From Basidiobolus meristosporus CBS 931.73 (taxonomy: Eukaryota > Fungi > Basidiobolomycota), in the NCBI GenBank assembly GCA_002104905.1, contig MCFE01000184.1, forward strand, positions 1 through 64,000: 64,000 nucleotides of DNA. Direction: 5' to 3'. The position numbers and the translations under genes were made by a program. Under the pieces are notes generated by a model, which saw only the letters and a list, made by a program, of their open reading frames with translations, did not search any database and was not told where the DNA came from. This document shows positions 22,902-35,700 of the stretch, piece by piece (positions within the stretch are counted from its first letter, which is position 1; every line of letters starts with the position of its first letter).

Positions 22902-25900
22902 TGTTATGATCTGCCGCTTGAATGTTTAAGTTAGATCAGCTTTTAGTCAAATCAATTAGTATATGTTTAGGTTATCAGTATATCAGTATTATCTATCAAA
23001 TCAGTAACATTAGTCAGCAAATGAATCAGCAGATCCTTATCAGACAGAAATAGATATATTAAGTAGGATCTTACTGGGTGATGATGATGCAATCAAATGA
23101 GTCATCAGCCACAACCTACATTAGGAAATACAATTAGTCAGCATTTGATCTGGCAAAATGTATATAAGGAGCTGCTGGAACCTCAATAAAAATCAGGTCA
23201 AGTTTTAGTGAATACAATACTAGCTGAACTCCCTATTCCTCTACAACTCTTATACCAAGACTTGTAACATTGGTAGCAGCAATAAACAGAAACCACCCTC
23301 CTGAAGAAAGAAGAAACCACCCTCAAGATGTTGGAGAATCAAGAATGGAACAATGCCATGCAGCAAATCCTGGCCCAATAGCAACAAGGAATGACTACCA
23401 TGGCTCAGAACCAGCAAAGCCCTGTTAAGAGCAACTTTAGTATGACGGTCAACCGGTACCATAGCAGAGTCAATGAAAACCTGGGAACTTGGCTCTTTCA
23501 GATTGAAGAAGCTTTTAAAGCTAAAGGAATTGCTCCAGAATGCAAGTTGCATTATGCAGCTTCTTACCTGGCAGATGCAGCTTCACAGTGGTACCACAAC
23601 AAGATCAGGTCAGCCACAATGATGGGATGCTCTACAATCTCTACCTGGGATGAGTTTGTGTTGGAAATTCAGGATGCTTTTGAACCTCCACACCAGCAGA
23701 CACTACTAAGAAGGAAGTTAAAGACACTCAGACAGAAAGGAATGGTTCAAGAATACATCTATGAGTACAGATGTCTACTTGGATAAATTGAATGAATGGA
23801 CCCCCTGGATCAAGTTGAATACTTTATTGATGGGTTAAAATAAAGAACTCGCAAGGAAGTGAATTACCAAAGACCTCAGACTATTGAAGAAGCCATCAAG
23901 ATTGCCATTGACTATGACTCAGCTATGTTTGGAGTTGGGAAGCCTAAAGTGACTAATCAGAAAAGCTATAATCATTATGAAAGAAGAGAGTCAGAAGCAG
24001 TACCAATGGAAATAGACGCTATGCAGTAGAATCCTACCTCAGAAGAATGTAAGAAGAAAGGACTTTGCTTCAATTACCACCAGCAGGGACATATTGCAAA
24101 GTACTGCCCACAGAGAAGAAATGGACACCAGCCATCAAGAACCTTTAACCGTATTGAGGCCATGGAGCATAGTAACATGAAGGATGAACTTGAAGAAGAT
24201 TCAGAACTCACCTTCCACATGACAGAAGAGTACCTATCCCAGATGACCTCAAACTCAGGAAAGCTATCATACTTGAATGGAGTAATCAATGGAGTACCTG
24301 CCAAGATCATGATTGACTCAGGAGCATTGCATGAGTACATGTCAGAGCAATTTGCCTTGAAAGCTGGAATTGACTTGGAACCTACCAAATCAACTTCAGT
24401 CTCCACAGCTGATGGGAACTCTCACATAATCAACTGTATTACCCAGCCAGTAAGAATGAAGATCAATGGCTATGAAGAAGACCTACAGGCTTATATATTT
24501 GGGAACTGCAAGTTTGACCTTGTACTTGGAAAAACCTGGCTATTTTGTCATAATCCATCAATCAACTGGAGAACCCATGCTACTCAGATCCAAAAGGACA
24601 ACAAGACCTACGAGCTATTGCCTGCCAGGCTGGATTTCAACTTGGTCAATTCCAGTATGTGCGAGACAAGTGAACTCAGCAAGACCCAGTTCTGTAGAGC
24701 ACTTAGAAAAGGTACTCAGATGTTCCTCATGGCAGTATTATAGGGGGATTCCTCTACCCCAGCACCCCAACAGGTCTAGACTCTCTTGAAGAAGTATTCA
24801 GACATGTTTCCAGATGAGCCTGTAGGCCTACCACCAGTCAGAGATGTGGATCATGCCATTGACACAGGAGATAGCCCTCCAGTAAGCAAGACACCTTACA
24901 GAATGAGTCCATTGGAATTGGAGGAAATGAAGAGACAAATTGATCAGCTATTGGAGCAAGGATACATCTGGCCCAGCAAGTCACCCTGGGGAGCACCAGT
25001 GCTTTTTGTGAAAAAGAAGGATGGAACACTTAGGATGTGCATTGACTACAGAGCCCTGAACTCAATTACTGTCAAGAATAAGTACCCCATACCTTGGATT
25101 GATGAGCTCTTGGACCAACTTAATGGAGCCACTATTTTCAGCAAGATTGACCTCATGTCAGGATACAACCAGATTAGGGTGAAACCAGAAGATATCCCTA
25201 AGGCAGCATTCAGGACCAGATATGGACATTACAAGTACTTAGTCATGAGTTTTGGCCTCACTAATGCCCCTGCAACATTCATGATGCTGATGCAGACTGT
25301 CTTTCAGGGGTACTTAGACAAGTTTGTGATAGTCTATCTGGATGACATATTGATATACAGCAAGACAGAAGAGGATCACTTGGTGCACATTGAAAAGGTC
25401 ATGAAGAAGCTAAGAGAGAACAAGCTTTATGGCAAGCTACCCAAGTGTGTATTCTTCAAGGAACATGTTGAATATCTGGGACACATAGTGACTAGCACAG
25501 GAGTAACCTTAGACCCCAAGAAGGTGGAAGTAATCAAGAATCTGAAACAGCCCCATAGCATATCAGAGCTCAGATCATTCCTTGGAATGGTTTCCTATTA
25601 TTGGAGATTTGTCAAGTTGTTTGCAAGTATTGCAGCCCCTTTAACTGATATCCTCAAGAAAGACAATACCTACAAGTGGGACATAGCTTGTGAGACTGCC
25701 TTCCAGATGCTCAAGAATGAACTTGCTAAGCTGCCAAGCTTAAGAATACCAGACTTCAGAAAAGAGTTGACTCTGTGCACAGATGCTTCAGATTATGCAA
25801 TTGGTGGTGTGCTGAGCCAAGGACACAAGGGAAAGAACTACCCTGTTGCCTTTGAATCCAAGAAACTGAACTCAGCAGAACAAAACTATCCAGTCCATGA

Positions 25901-27809
25901 GAAGGAGATGCTTGCTATATTACACTGTTTGAAGACATGGAGATGCTATATTGAAGGAGTCAAATGCACTGTGAAGACTGATCATGCCTCCCTCAAGTAT
26001 ATATCTACTCAGAGGGTACTCTCTAGAAGTATGACAAGATGGAGTGAATACATTCAGCAATTTGACCTGGAGATTGTCTACTGCCCTGGAAAAAACAACA
26101 CGGTTGCTGAAGCCTTATCAAGATTAGATCAAGTTGCACAACTCAACTTGGTGCATGAATCAGATTGGCCTAGCCTATTACCAAAGTACTTGGAGGACCA
26201 AGCCATTCATAATGAGGTGGATGAAGATATCAAGAAGATAATCCGTGATGAAGCCAGCAAATTTGTAGTACAGGATGAAACACTCAACCAAATTGTTGAT
26301 GGAAGCCCTATTGCATATTTCCCTTATGTTTCTTGCCTGGATTTAATACATAAGCTACACCATGGATATGGACATCTTGGGATTGAAGGAACCTATAGCC
26401 TTGTGAAAGCCAGAGCATGGTGGCCCAGAATGAAACATGATATTGAGAAGCTAGTGAAAACATACCCAAACTGCCAAATCAATCAAGGCCAGCCACAAAG
26501 AATTGCCAAACTCTTCCCTTTGGAGCCTGTAAGACCATTTGAGAGATGGGGAATTGACTTTATTGGAAGACTGCCAACTACCAGGAAATGCAACCGTTGG
26601 ATCCTAGTAGCAATTGACCATGCCACTGAATGGCCAGTTGCTAAAGCTGTACCAATAGCCAGTGAACAAGAAGTTGCAAGTTTCATTTACCATGAGATCC
26701 TGATGAAGTTTGGATGCCCAGTGGCGATCTTATCTGATAGAGGAGCAAACTTTATGTCAAAGACATTAGAGGCTTACCTGGAAATGCAGCAGATCAGACA
26801 CTTGAAAACCTTAGCATATCACCCCAGAACTAATGGAGTCACTGAGCGGTTTAATGGATTATTTGGAAAAATGCTCACCAAGTATGCAAATGGAGCTGTC
26901 AGTAGATGGGATGAGTATATAGACCAAGCACTCTTTGCATTCAGAGTCAGAGTACACAGCACCACCCAGCAATCACCATTTTATTTAGTGTAGGGATGTG
27001 AACCAAGGATTCCAGGAGATCTCACACAACCAAAGCTTACAGACACCTTAGAAGATGAACTCAGTCAGCCAAGTAGACACCAGCAACTGGAACAAAGACG
27101 TCAAGAGGCACAGACTAAAGTATCTCAAAGTGCAGAAAAGATGAAGCAGAGATTTGATAAGTCTATAGCACCAGAAGATTTGACAGTTGGGAACTTTGTA
27201 TTGCTAAGAATCAACACTCAGAAGAAGTTTGAGCCACAATGGACAGGTCCATTCAAGATCATCAGAGAATGTCCATTTGCAACTTACCAACTGGTGGACA
27301 AACAAGGCAATATCCGGGAAGACTTAGTGCATAGGGACAGACTCAAGCTTGCAAGACTTGCTGGTAATACTGAACCATAAATATATTGGTATCACAAGAA
27401 AAGAGATTCAGGAGAACCCTCTCAACTTTTGTAGGGGAGAATCTTATGATCTGCCGCTTAAATGTCTAAGTTGGATCAGTTTTGAGTCAAATCAGTTAGT
27501 ATATGTTTAGGTTATCAGTATATCAGTATTATCTATCAAATCAGTAACATTAGTCAGCAAATGAATCAGCAGATCCTTATCATAAAGAAATAGATATATT
27601 AAGTAGGATCTTATTAGGTGATGATGATGCAATCAAATGAGTCACCAGCCACAACCTACATTAGGAAATACAATTAGTCCGCATTTAATCTGGCAAAATG
27701 TATATAAGGAGCTGCTGGAACCTCAATAAAAATCAGTTCAAGTTTTAGTGAATACAATACTAGCTAAACTCCCTATTCCTCTACAACTCTTCTACCAAGA
27801 CTTGTAACA
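22902..27809 (+). mobile_element. Full-length but mutated Ty3/Gypsy LTR retrotransposon (Gypsy-1), 4908 bp
   Basis: 368-bp LTRs at 22902-23269 and 27442-27809 (visibly diverged); 4-bp TSD CTGT (22898-22901, 27810-27813); PBS TGGTAGCAGC 23271-23280; PPT GTAGGGGAGAA 27431-27441. Confidence 0.96.
23391..27380 (+). pseudogene. gag-pol: Gypsy-1 gag-pol in a single frame, with in-frame stops
   Basis: ORF pieces 23391, 24162, 24786 and 27141 share one frame. Motifs: WLFQIEEAF gag, decayed CCHC, IMIDSGA protease, [10 protein letters not shown] / MCIDYRALN / [19 protein letters not shown] RNase H, WGIDFIG / SDRG / NGVTERFN integrase, WTGPFKI GPY/F. No chromodomain seen. Confidence 0.94.
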
Positions 27810-28327
27810 CTGTAAAGCATCATTGGCATATGCTTCAGCAGGTGCTGTCTCATTAAATATTGGGATTTGATCAGGCTCATATGTGGTACTCTTGTTAGGG
27901 GAGGTAGGCTAACAATCTATCAGTGGGCATTCTTTGTCAGAGCTATCACTCCGCTTGCCATTTTCAGAAGGCTGATGTGAGCCTAAAGGCATCACAAACT
28001 CACCTGACTCAGTTTGTGCAAGGTGACAAAGATGGCCAGGTGCCAATATAGAAGTATCAACTGGCCGGCAAGATACTGTTGGTACAGTAGTGACCAATGA
28101 ATGGTCAAATATGACTTGTGTTGCAAAACACTGGCCATGGTCCTTGTAATACTTCCTATGCTGTCCGTGTGCTTCATGGCTGAGAGGCCTACTGTAATAG
28201 CCACATGGTCTTTTTTCTCTTCTCTTATGGCATTGTATCAAAGTAGTCTTGTCCATGGGGCAAACAGTTTGACCTTCAACAACATAATGCTATTTTATCA
28301 CTTTTTGGTCAATACTTATGTGAGTTT

Positions 28328-29855
28328 TGTTGAAATAATTAGGAGTCCACCTAATTATTAATATATTATGAACTAGCACTTAGTGAAATGATATATTTCA
28401 GATTATCAACATGAAATTAGTTTGTAAGATATTTACTGATTATTTGGAATTAGAGAAGTACAGAATTTTAGGAAAATCTGAAACTTGTCCAAATGAGCTG
28501 AAACTTGGCACATGTACTCCTGAGACTCCCCTAATAATGACTAAATAGTTACATTTACATAGCTCTGCAATAAGTATAAATACTGTATTGCAACTCAATA
28601 AAACATCAAGTGAATATCATGTAAATCTTCTAATTCTCCAATTCACTTCCAATATATCTCTCTATAATTTCATCAGGTTATGAGCCCCAAGCTTGCTTTA
28701 TCTTGGTTTTCTACTTTGCTCTAGTGCTGTGTCTTTATTCTGGAGAAAGACTGCCTGGTCTACCTGAAGCTACAAAAGACAGAAAAGTACTGCCACTGCA
28801 AAGAACTGCTAGATGGGATGTATTGTTTTGGAGAGAGAGGCCTTTGCCCTTAAAGAAGACACTAAGCAAAGTAAAAGGTCATATGTCAAGGAGATCATGT
28901 TGGACAAATTTCAAAAGTTATGGAATATGCAGAAGGATGAAGCTTTGAGAAAATGCGTAATCCAAGCAAGGAGTCAAGATCAATAAGGGGCATCTTACAT
29001 GATATATGTATTAATGCTATGATCCTTATTATCACCACATGATGGATCTATATTGAAGATCCACATATACCTGGGTTTGGATTAGACTATTTCTGGCACT
29101 ATAAGTGCTTTGTATAGATCTTACTTTAGGGTTAATATTTAAATATAGTGCCAGATAGTACCAGTGGACCAAGATAGTGCCATTCATTTTTGTGACATGA
29201 TACAAGCTACAGGAGCTAGATTCAGAGTGCCATGGGTATTGAGTACCAGATGCATATCTTCAATCTGCTTGTGCTCTTACACATCCTGAGCTACATTGAT
29301 CCACAAAAAAAGGTCAAAAAATGGATTTTCTCCTGCACAATGGGTGAAACACAGGGGCCGCTTTACATGAAGATGCAGAGCTATGTTTCACACTCTGTGG
29401 CCAAGTATAGGCTCACTTGACCTCTCTAGCACACTATGGCATCATTTGGCACTCATGGCTCAATGTGGCACTATCCAATGGAACAAGTCTATTATGTGAG
29501 TGGGAGTGTTGAAATAATTAGGAGTCCACCTAATTATTAATATATTATGAACTAGCACTTAGTGAAATGATATATTTCAGATTATCAACATGGAAATTAT
29601 TTTGTAAGATATTTACTAATTATTAGGAATTAGAGAAGTACAGAGTTTTAGGAAAATCTGAAACTTGTCCAAATGAGCTGAAACTTGGCACATGTACTCC
29701 TGAGACTCCCCTAATAATGGCCAAATAGTTACATTTACGTAGCTCTGCAATAAGTATAAATACTGTGTTGCAACTCAATAAAACATCAAGTGAATATCAT
29801 GAAAATCTTCTAATTCTCCAATTCACTTCCAACATATCTCTCTAATATTTCAACA
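28328..29855 (+). mobile_element. Internally deleted (TRIM-like) Copia family 2 element, 1528 bp
   Basis: LTRs 28328-28675 and 29507-29855; PBS GGTTATGAGCCCC 28676-28688; PPT TGAGTGGGAG before 29507; TSD AGTTT/AGCTT (one mismatch). The host sequence is continuous across it (compare reverse of 4820-4870). No pol domains remain. Confidence 0.9.
29084..29490. mobile_element. Fold-back/MITE family member with most of the left arm deleted, TSD ATT
   Basis: ATT-AGACT at 29081-29088 jumps directly into the spacer, then a complete right arm ending TGGAACAAGTCT-ATT (29491-29493) that matches 51770-52112. Confidence 0.75.
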
Positions 29856-30011
29856 AGCTTAAGACAGTCTTGTATATGGGACATTGCACCTACATTGATG
29901 TAAGGTTTAATAATGACCTGCCATAGTAAGCGTTACATATAAAGTTGTGGTACCACATACCCACTTATATGTAATGTTATTTCCCCTTTGGATTGACTCA
30001 CTTCCATATAT

Positions 30012-31956
30012 ATGCCACCAAAAAATAAAGCAGAGTTGTCTGATTCTCAACTAAACCTCATTGCTGACAGCTGTGGAAAAGCAGTTGGACAACAGCTTGC
30101 TTTGTCATTCAGTGCAACAAGCATGGCTACATCCAAAAAAGGTCATGTTGACAGTGTTCCCACAGAAGGAAATTATGCATACTCCTCAGGGTCTCAATAA
30201 AGTAGGCAATTGAGAACCGCTGCAGAGCTGTAAGCTGACCGTTATACTCAGGCAGATGAGAGTGTAGGAAATACAGTACCTCCAGCTGAAGACCAGCAGG
30301 TGACCATCATAACATCACCACCACCCATATTAGCAAGCATGTTGTCAGCTCATACCAAAACATTAATGAAGCACTCAGGTGCAGTTGCTGATAGGATAGA
30401 TGCAATGGAATAGAGTAATCAGGAAATAGTCCAGAAACAGGATGTGCAGCTACTATGAGTAGAGCAATCAATATACCAGGTAGAGGAAGCAGTATCTTTG
30501 CTGCAAGGAAGGAACTCAAGTAGCTCAAAATCACAGCCAAAAATTGAGCCACTTCATGATGTGACAGCAGATGAGCACTGTAAAGTCTTTGCAGCACAAC
30601 AACAGTGTTCAGAGATAAAACCCACAGAAAAACCTATCAGGGCATGGAAGGGAGACACTGTGGTGCTTATACCAAAGGCCAAAAACCAAAAGACATTCAT
30701 GATCTGTGAAGCCATTGAGCGCAATAATGAAGATAGAGCTAATATTCAAGAGGCTGTTAGAAGTGTAGCACACCATCACCTCAAGGCTGGCATACCATTG
30801 GACCATCAGGAACTCAAAGCCATCCACAATGTGCATGACTTGTTCCATGAGCATTATCCTGGATTCAAATAGGTAAATGGATTTTGTGCCAGCATTGGTA
30901 TGCTAAGAAAGTATCTTAAGAATTGCAGAAACTATCAATGGCTGAGGGAATAAGGGTGCCATGGATAAAAACAATGACTTCCTCAAGTGCCTATTATAAG
31001 TGGGGCCAAAAGCTCCAATCAAGCATTAAAGAGATGTCAGGAAGTGTGCCAATTAGGGTAAATAGGCAGATGCAGAGGCACCAGCACAACATTTATCAAG
31101 GAAAAAGTGTGGTACCACTTAATAGACACTCAGATAACGTAGCAGTGAAGTCCAGGCAATGATCAAAACCAGCAGCTTTCTCAGGAGCCTGTCACCCCAC
31201 AGCTGAGAGCTCAAAACAAGTGGTAAAGAAATGTCAAGTTGCCAGGAGAGTGCTAGCAAAGGACAAGCAGGCCAAAACAGATGCGTCATAGCACAATCTA
31301 TCAAGGGGAAAATGTAGCTCATTACAAGAAGCACTCAGAAAAAGTAGCAGTGAAAGACCTGGCAGTAATAAAGAAAAAGGTAAAGGGAGAAATATCTACC
31401 CAAGCCTGAGACAGTGCAGCATACAAAAGAACTGCAGTTCTCACCAATTAACACCATAAGCCTGGAACACACTGAATCCCATCATAGCCAAGAAGAAATA
31501 CCAATAAGAAAACAGCTGTTCTCACAAGAGTTGCAAGCACAGGCAGTTGAGTTACACTCTAGCTAGGCAGATGAGTTTATTGAGAAAGGCAACTTGTCTA
31601 CTACAGCCTTCATGTCCTCCATTCTTGACAGAGTGGAGATCCCACCTACAGACAAGGCTACAATGTCAAGAATTCACAAGGCTATCAAAATGCCTTTGGT
31701 GGAATTTTGGAACATTAATATGCACACCAAGAGGTTGCAGCACTTCTTCAAGAGCAGTTCTCAAGAAAACACTCTTGAATATTTCAAGGATTTAATGCAT
31801 AGATGGGCAGATGAGATACTAGACCTTGCAGTGTTGGCTGAAGACCAGGACCTATGGGAACCAGTGAATCAACAGTGGCATAAAGCCATTGGGTTGCCCC
31901 AGAGCCATGGAAACAGAGCATTACAGCAGAAATACTTACTGACCAGTGGACTTTAA
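30012..31956 (+). pseudogene. Accessory ORF of the CACTA-like element (unknown function), best-preserved copy
   Basis: Pieces PPKNKAELSDS (30012), IQEAVRSVAHHHLKAGIPLDHQELKAIHNVHDLFHEHYPGFK (30498 ORF) and EFWNINMHTKRLQHFFKSSSQENTLEYFKDL (31594 ORF). Homologous DNA at 4488-4748(-), 38790-39450(-), 43539-43757, 46480-47950, 48000-49550 and 62880-63600(-). Confidence 0.65.
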
Positions 31957-32412
31957 TGGAGTTACTTGTTGAGTGTGGGGTTGAGCTTGATGTTGAGTGT
32001 GGCATATAGGGACTTGTATAGGTCAATACAATTGGCAATTGAGGTACTGCTGAAGTTTCAACGGAAATAAATCAATTTGCACACGTAAAAAGTAGAAGAA
32101 GTGGTTGAGTCAGGAAGCAATGAGTGTAAAAATGAGGCTGTAGCCAATGAATGAACACAAATATAGGAGGTAATAGGATGCCTGGGATCAGAAAGTGAGC
32201 AAGTTGACAGGGAGCCAATTAAAAGCCACAAATAGATCATTAAGATGAAAATTCTGACTAAGTTTTTTGTGAAATTTGGGGTGCAATTATTTTTCAATGG
32301 TCTCTGCATGGTGCCCTGATGGGATCATCACAATAATTTTTCATAGGGTACCATAGTTACTCTCAGAAATCCATAAGCTCACTTTAGCAGACTTAGTAAT
32401 AAAGGGCTGACA

Positions 32413-32756
32413 TACTAAAATATCAGAGATATATTGGAGGTGAATTGAAGTAATAGAAATTTGCATGGTATTAGCTTGTTGCTTTATTAAGTTGCAGCAG
32501 TGTATTTATATTAGTGCATTGCTATGTAAATGTAAGTACTTTGTTGCTATTAGGGGAGTCTCAGCAATACATCTGCCAAATTTCATCTCATTAGGATAAG
32601 TTTCCAATCTTCCTAAATTCCGCACTTCACTAACTCCTAATAATCAGCTTATATCCTTAAAACCAACTTCTAAGTTAATATTCCAAGATACAAAGCTTGA
32701 CCAAGTGCTGGTTCATAACATACTAATGATCAGGTGGGCTCCTAGTTATTTTAACA
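32413..32756 (-). repeat. Diverged solo LTR related to Copia-2
   Basis: Reverse complement begins TGTTAAAATAACTAGGAGCCCACC versus TGTTGAAATAATTAGGAGTCCACC, and shares the GGGGAGTCTCAG and TATTTATA blocks. TSD not resolved. Confidence 0.7.
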
Positions 32757-35700
32757 TACTGTACATGATAATTGAGCTCTCCTGATGAAAACCCCTTGAA
32801 TATTGTTTCAAAGGAGCTATAATATGAAACATGTGCTGGCCAGTGGTGTTTGGCAAGATATAATATTCTTCAATAGATGATTGTCAGTGACTTGATCTTT
32901 TGTCCCAAAGCCAGAATATTATGATTTTCCCTTTGTGCGTAATGATACAAAAAGGCAAAAAAAAGTAATGAGTGCAATATTATTCAGAGTTAAAGTAGTA
33001 ATGGAATTCCTGCAACAATAAGCAGTGCAAAAGGTGGCTATACTTGTTTAAGAGCAGTGATCAAGAAAGTCAACTTGATCATTGCAAGGATTTATTGCAA
33101 AGACTACAGAATGTGGTGCTAGGGTTTACAGTTATGCTTGAAGAGCAGTATGTGTGGGAATCAGTGAGTGAAGAATGACCCATAGCTGTAGAGTACCTGC
33201 CAATGTTTTGTAAATAGGGCATTTTGCAGCAATACTACTTGAGTGATGGATTTTAATGGTACTACTTGTTAAATGTTAAGCTGAGTAAAATGTTGGAGTT
33301 AGGTGCAGGGACTTATATAGGTCAGTACAGTTGGTTACTCAGTTAAAAGTGAGCTTTCAGCTGAAACAAACCAATATTTGTGTATGAGAAGTAGGGGCTT
33401 TGGTTGAGTCAGGAATTCAAGAGTGAGATAAAGGGGCAATATCTAACCACTGTACACAAATGCAGGTGATAATTGAGTGTTTAGGACTGGAGAGTAAGAG
33501 AATTGGCACAACACCAGTCAAAGCCACTTGTGTACTGTTGCGATCAAAGATGCCAATCAAGTGATATGTAAAATGTGGGGTGTAGTCTTTTAATGGTCTT
33601 TGCACAATGTCTTCATGGTAACAGTACATCTTAGTCACAAAAGTTAAGTTTAGTGACAGCCATTGAACAGGAGCCTCTCAATTATTTTCATAGGGCTGTA
33701 ATAATGGCACTAAAGTTTATAAGCTTGAAGACATAGTAGACCTGCAAAGTACTGAGTGAGATAATGAAGTGAATGCTGATGTTCAAGTGACCAAAACTAG
33801 AATTTTGGAATGCAACCATATATGATTGGCATACAATTAGGCTGTCAGAAAATAATGGCAAGACAAATGCACCTACCTGCTCATTGATCATTATAATACT
33901 TACTGCTAGCAAATAGACTTTGGACCTGCATATATATGCTAAGAAGACATATAGGGAATAGTAAATAAGATCACAGACAGCTAGAGCCACAAAATACTTG
34001 CAATATGAACAAGCAAAGGGCATCAGGGCAGAGACATTGATTAAATACAGGATTTCAATCCAATTAGCCCCATAGGAAGCAATTGCAAGTTCCCCTCAAA
34101 AGACCATGAAAAAAACCAAGTTCTGTGATTAGGAAATATTGGTTCCTTCAGGACACCATTCTCTGACCATTCAGAAAAATTGCAACTCATTTTTCATTGA
34201 AAACATGGTCACAATGTCTTATCACTGCAGTATATAAGTAGCTTTTGATTGTTCCTGGGCTATTTTTCTAATTTTGCATTCCCAAATAGTTATTCCCCTT
34301 CTAAACGTATGTACAACAGTTTGCAATGAATTCTTGCAGTATTTCAGTGAGTTTTCTGGTGCTCTTGAAGAACTTTTGCCACCTATTGGTGTAACTGCTG
34401 ATGCTCCAACAATTTGCTGTAGGTATTGTAATAGTGTTTTGATTTTCTCATATTGTTAGTTGACTAATTAGTGGTAAATCCACTTTGTTTATAGTGTGGG
34501 TCATGGAGGCTGTCAGAATCAGATTGCCTTAGAATAGAAACTAATCCACCTCACTGGAGAGCATCAGCACTGGCTGCACTTCCAGCTCTGATCAAAACAC
34601 CTGATATAATGTGGGTAATTACTGTTGGCTATTATGTGATTAGGCTATTATGGAATGATGGCAGTAATTGGTGTAAACTTCATCTACTTATATGCACTTC
34701 TCAGTCTCTGGCATGTGCAAATTTTTATCCCTTTGCCTTTACCTTTAATGCTGCCTTTCCTTTTACTGCAGCAATCACTGAGTGGCTCTTCTATTGTGCT
34801 AAATTTTCTATATCATAAATGCTGAGCTGGTGAATCCCCAGCTTCTAATATACTAGAGAAATACACTTTGACACCAGCCACTATTTTTCTTATCCCTGCC
34901 AGAGTCTTTTCCTCCCTAAAGTTGTTCTCCAGTTATTGCTTAAGAGAGCTCCATAATAAATTGAGTAGTAGTAGGCATGTACCCAGGAGATATCTGTCAC
35001 ACTTGGTGAAGTTTTTCTTGGAAAAGTTGTTTGCTTGTTTGTGTCCAACTAAGCCTTGAATTACTCAACCAGTCATCCGTGCATTAGAGCTACTTGTTTT
35101 CTCAATGCTGCAATATCAGAAGTGATATAGATATACGAAACACATTGAGATATAGTATACTCTCTGCACTAATGATGGTTCATCAAGAGGCTCATTATCT
35201 ATGTCTTTGTAAACATACTACAAACGTGATAATAGTATGGAGAGTTACTCATTAATTAAGATCATTCTGCAACCATTTGAGGGCTAATATATAATGTTTG
35301 GTAAAAGTGCTAACTTGATTTTGACTGTATATGAGTATTATAGCATCATAGATCTGGAAAAAAGTGCATGTTTAGAGCTATAATCAGTCTTATAATGCCT
35401 AAGACTAGTCTAAATTATTGAGTAAGCTTTAGTTGCCAAATGATTCCAAGTAGTCCAAAATTTCCGCATTTGATGCAATATGCATGGATATGTCCAGGTG
35501 TACTTCTTTTCTCAGTACTCTCCAAGCTTTCCAGGCTGTCCTCCATATGTCAACTTATGAGCTACAAGTCTAGATACAGCAGTTGTAACATAATAGTCAG
35601 TTTAGCTAGCATTGCCATCACCTAACTTGACCTGAATCCACTAAGATTCCAGCGCTCTTCATATGTATTATAGCTTATTGAGTGCTGATGAATTGGTTTT

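Noticed and set aside
27141-27380. Chromodomain at the end of the Gypsy-1 integrase
   Set aside because: The ORF ends shortly after the GPF motif with no chromodomain-length extension.
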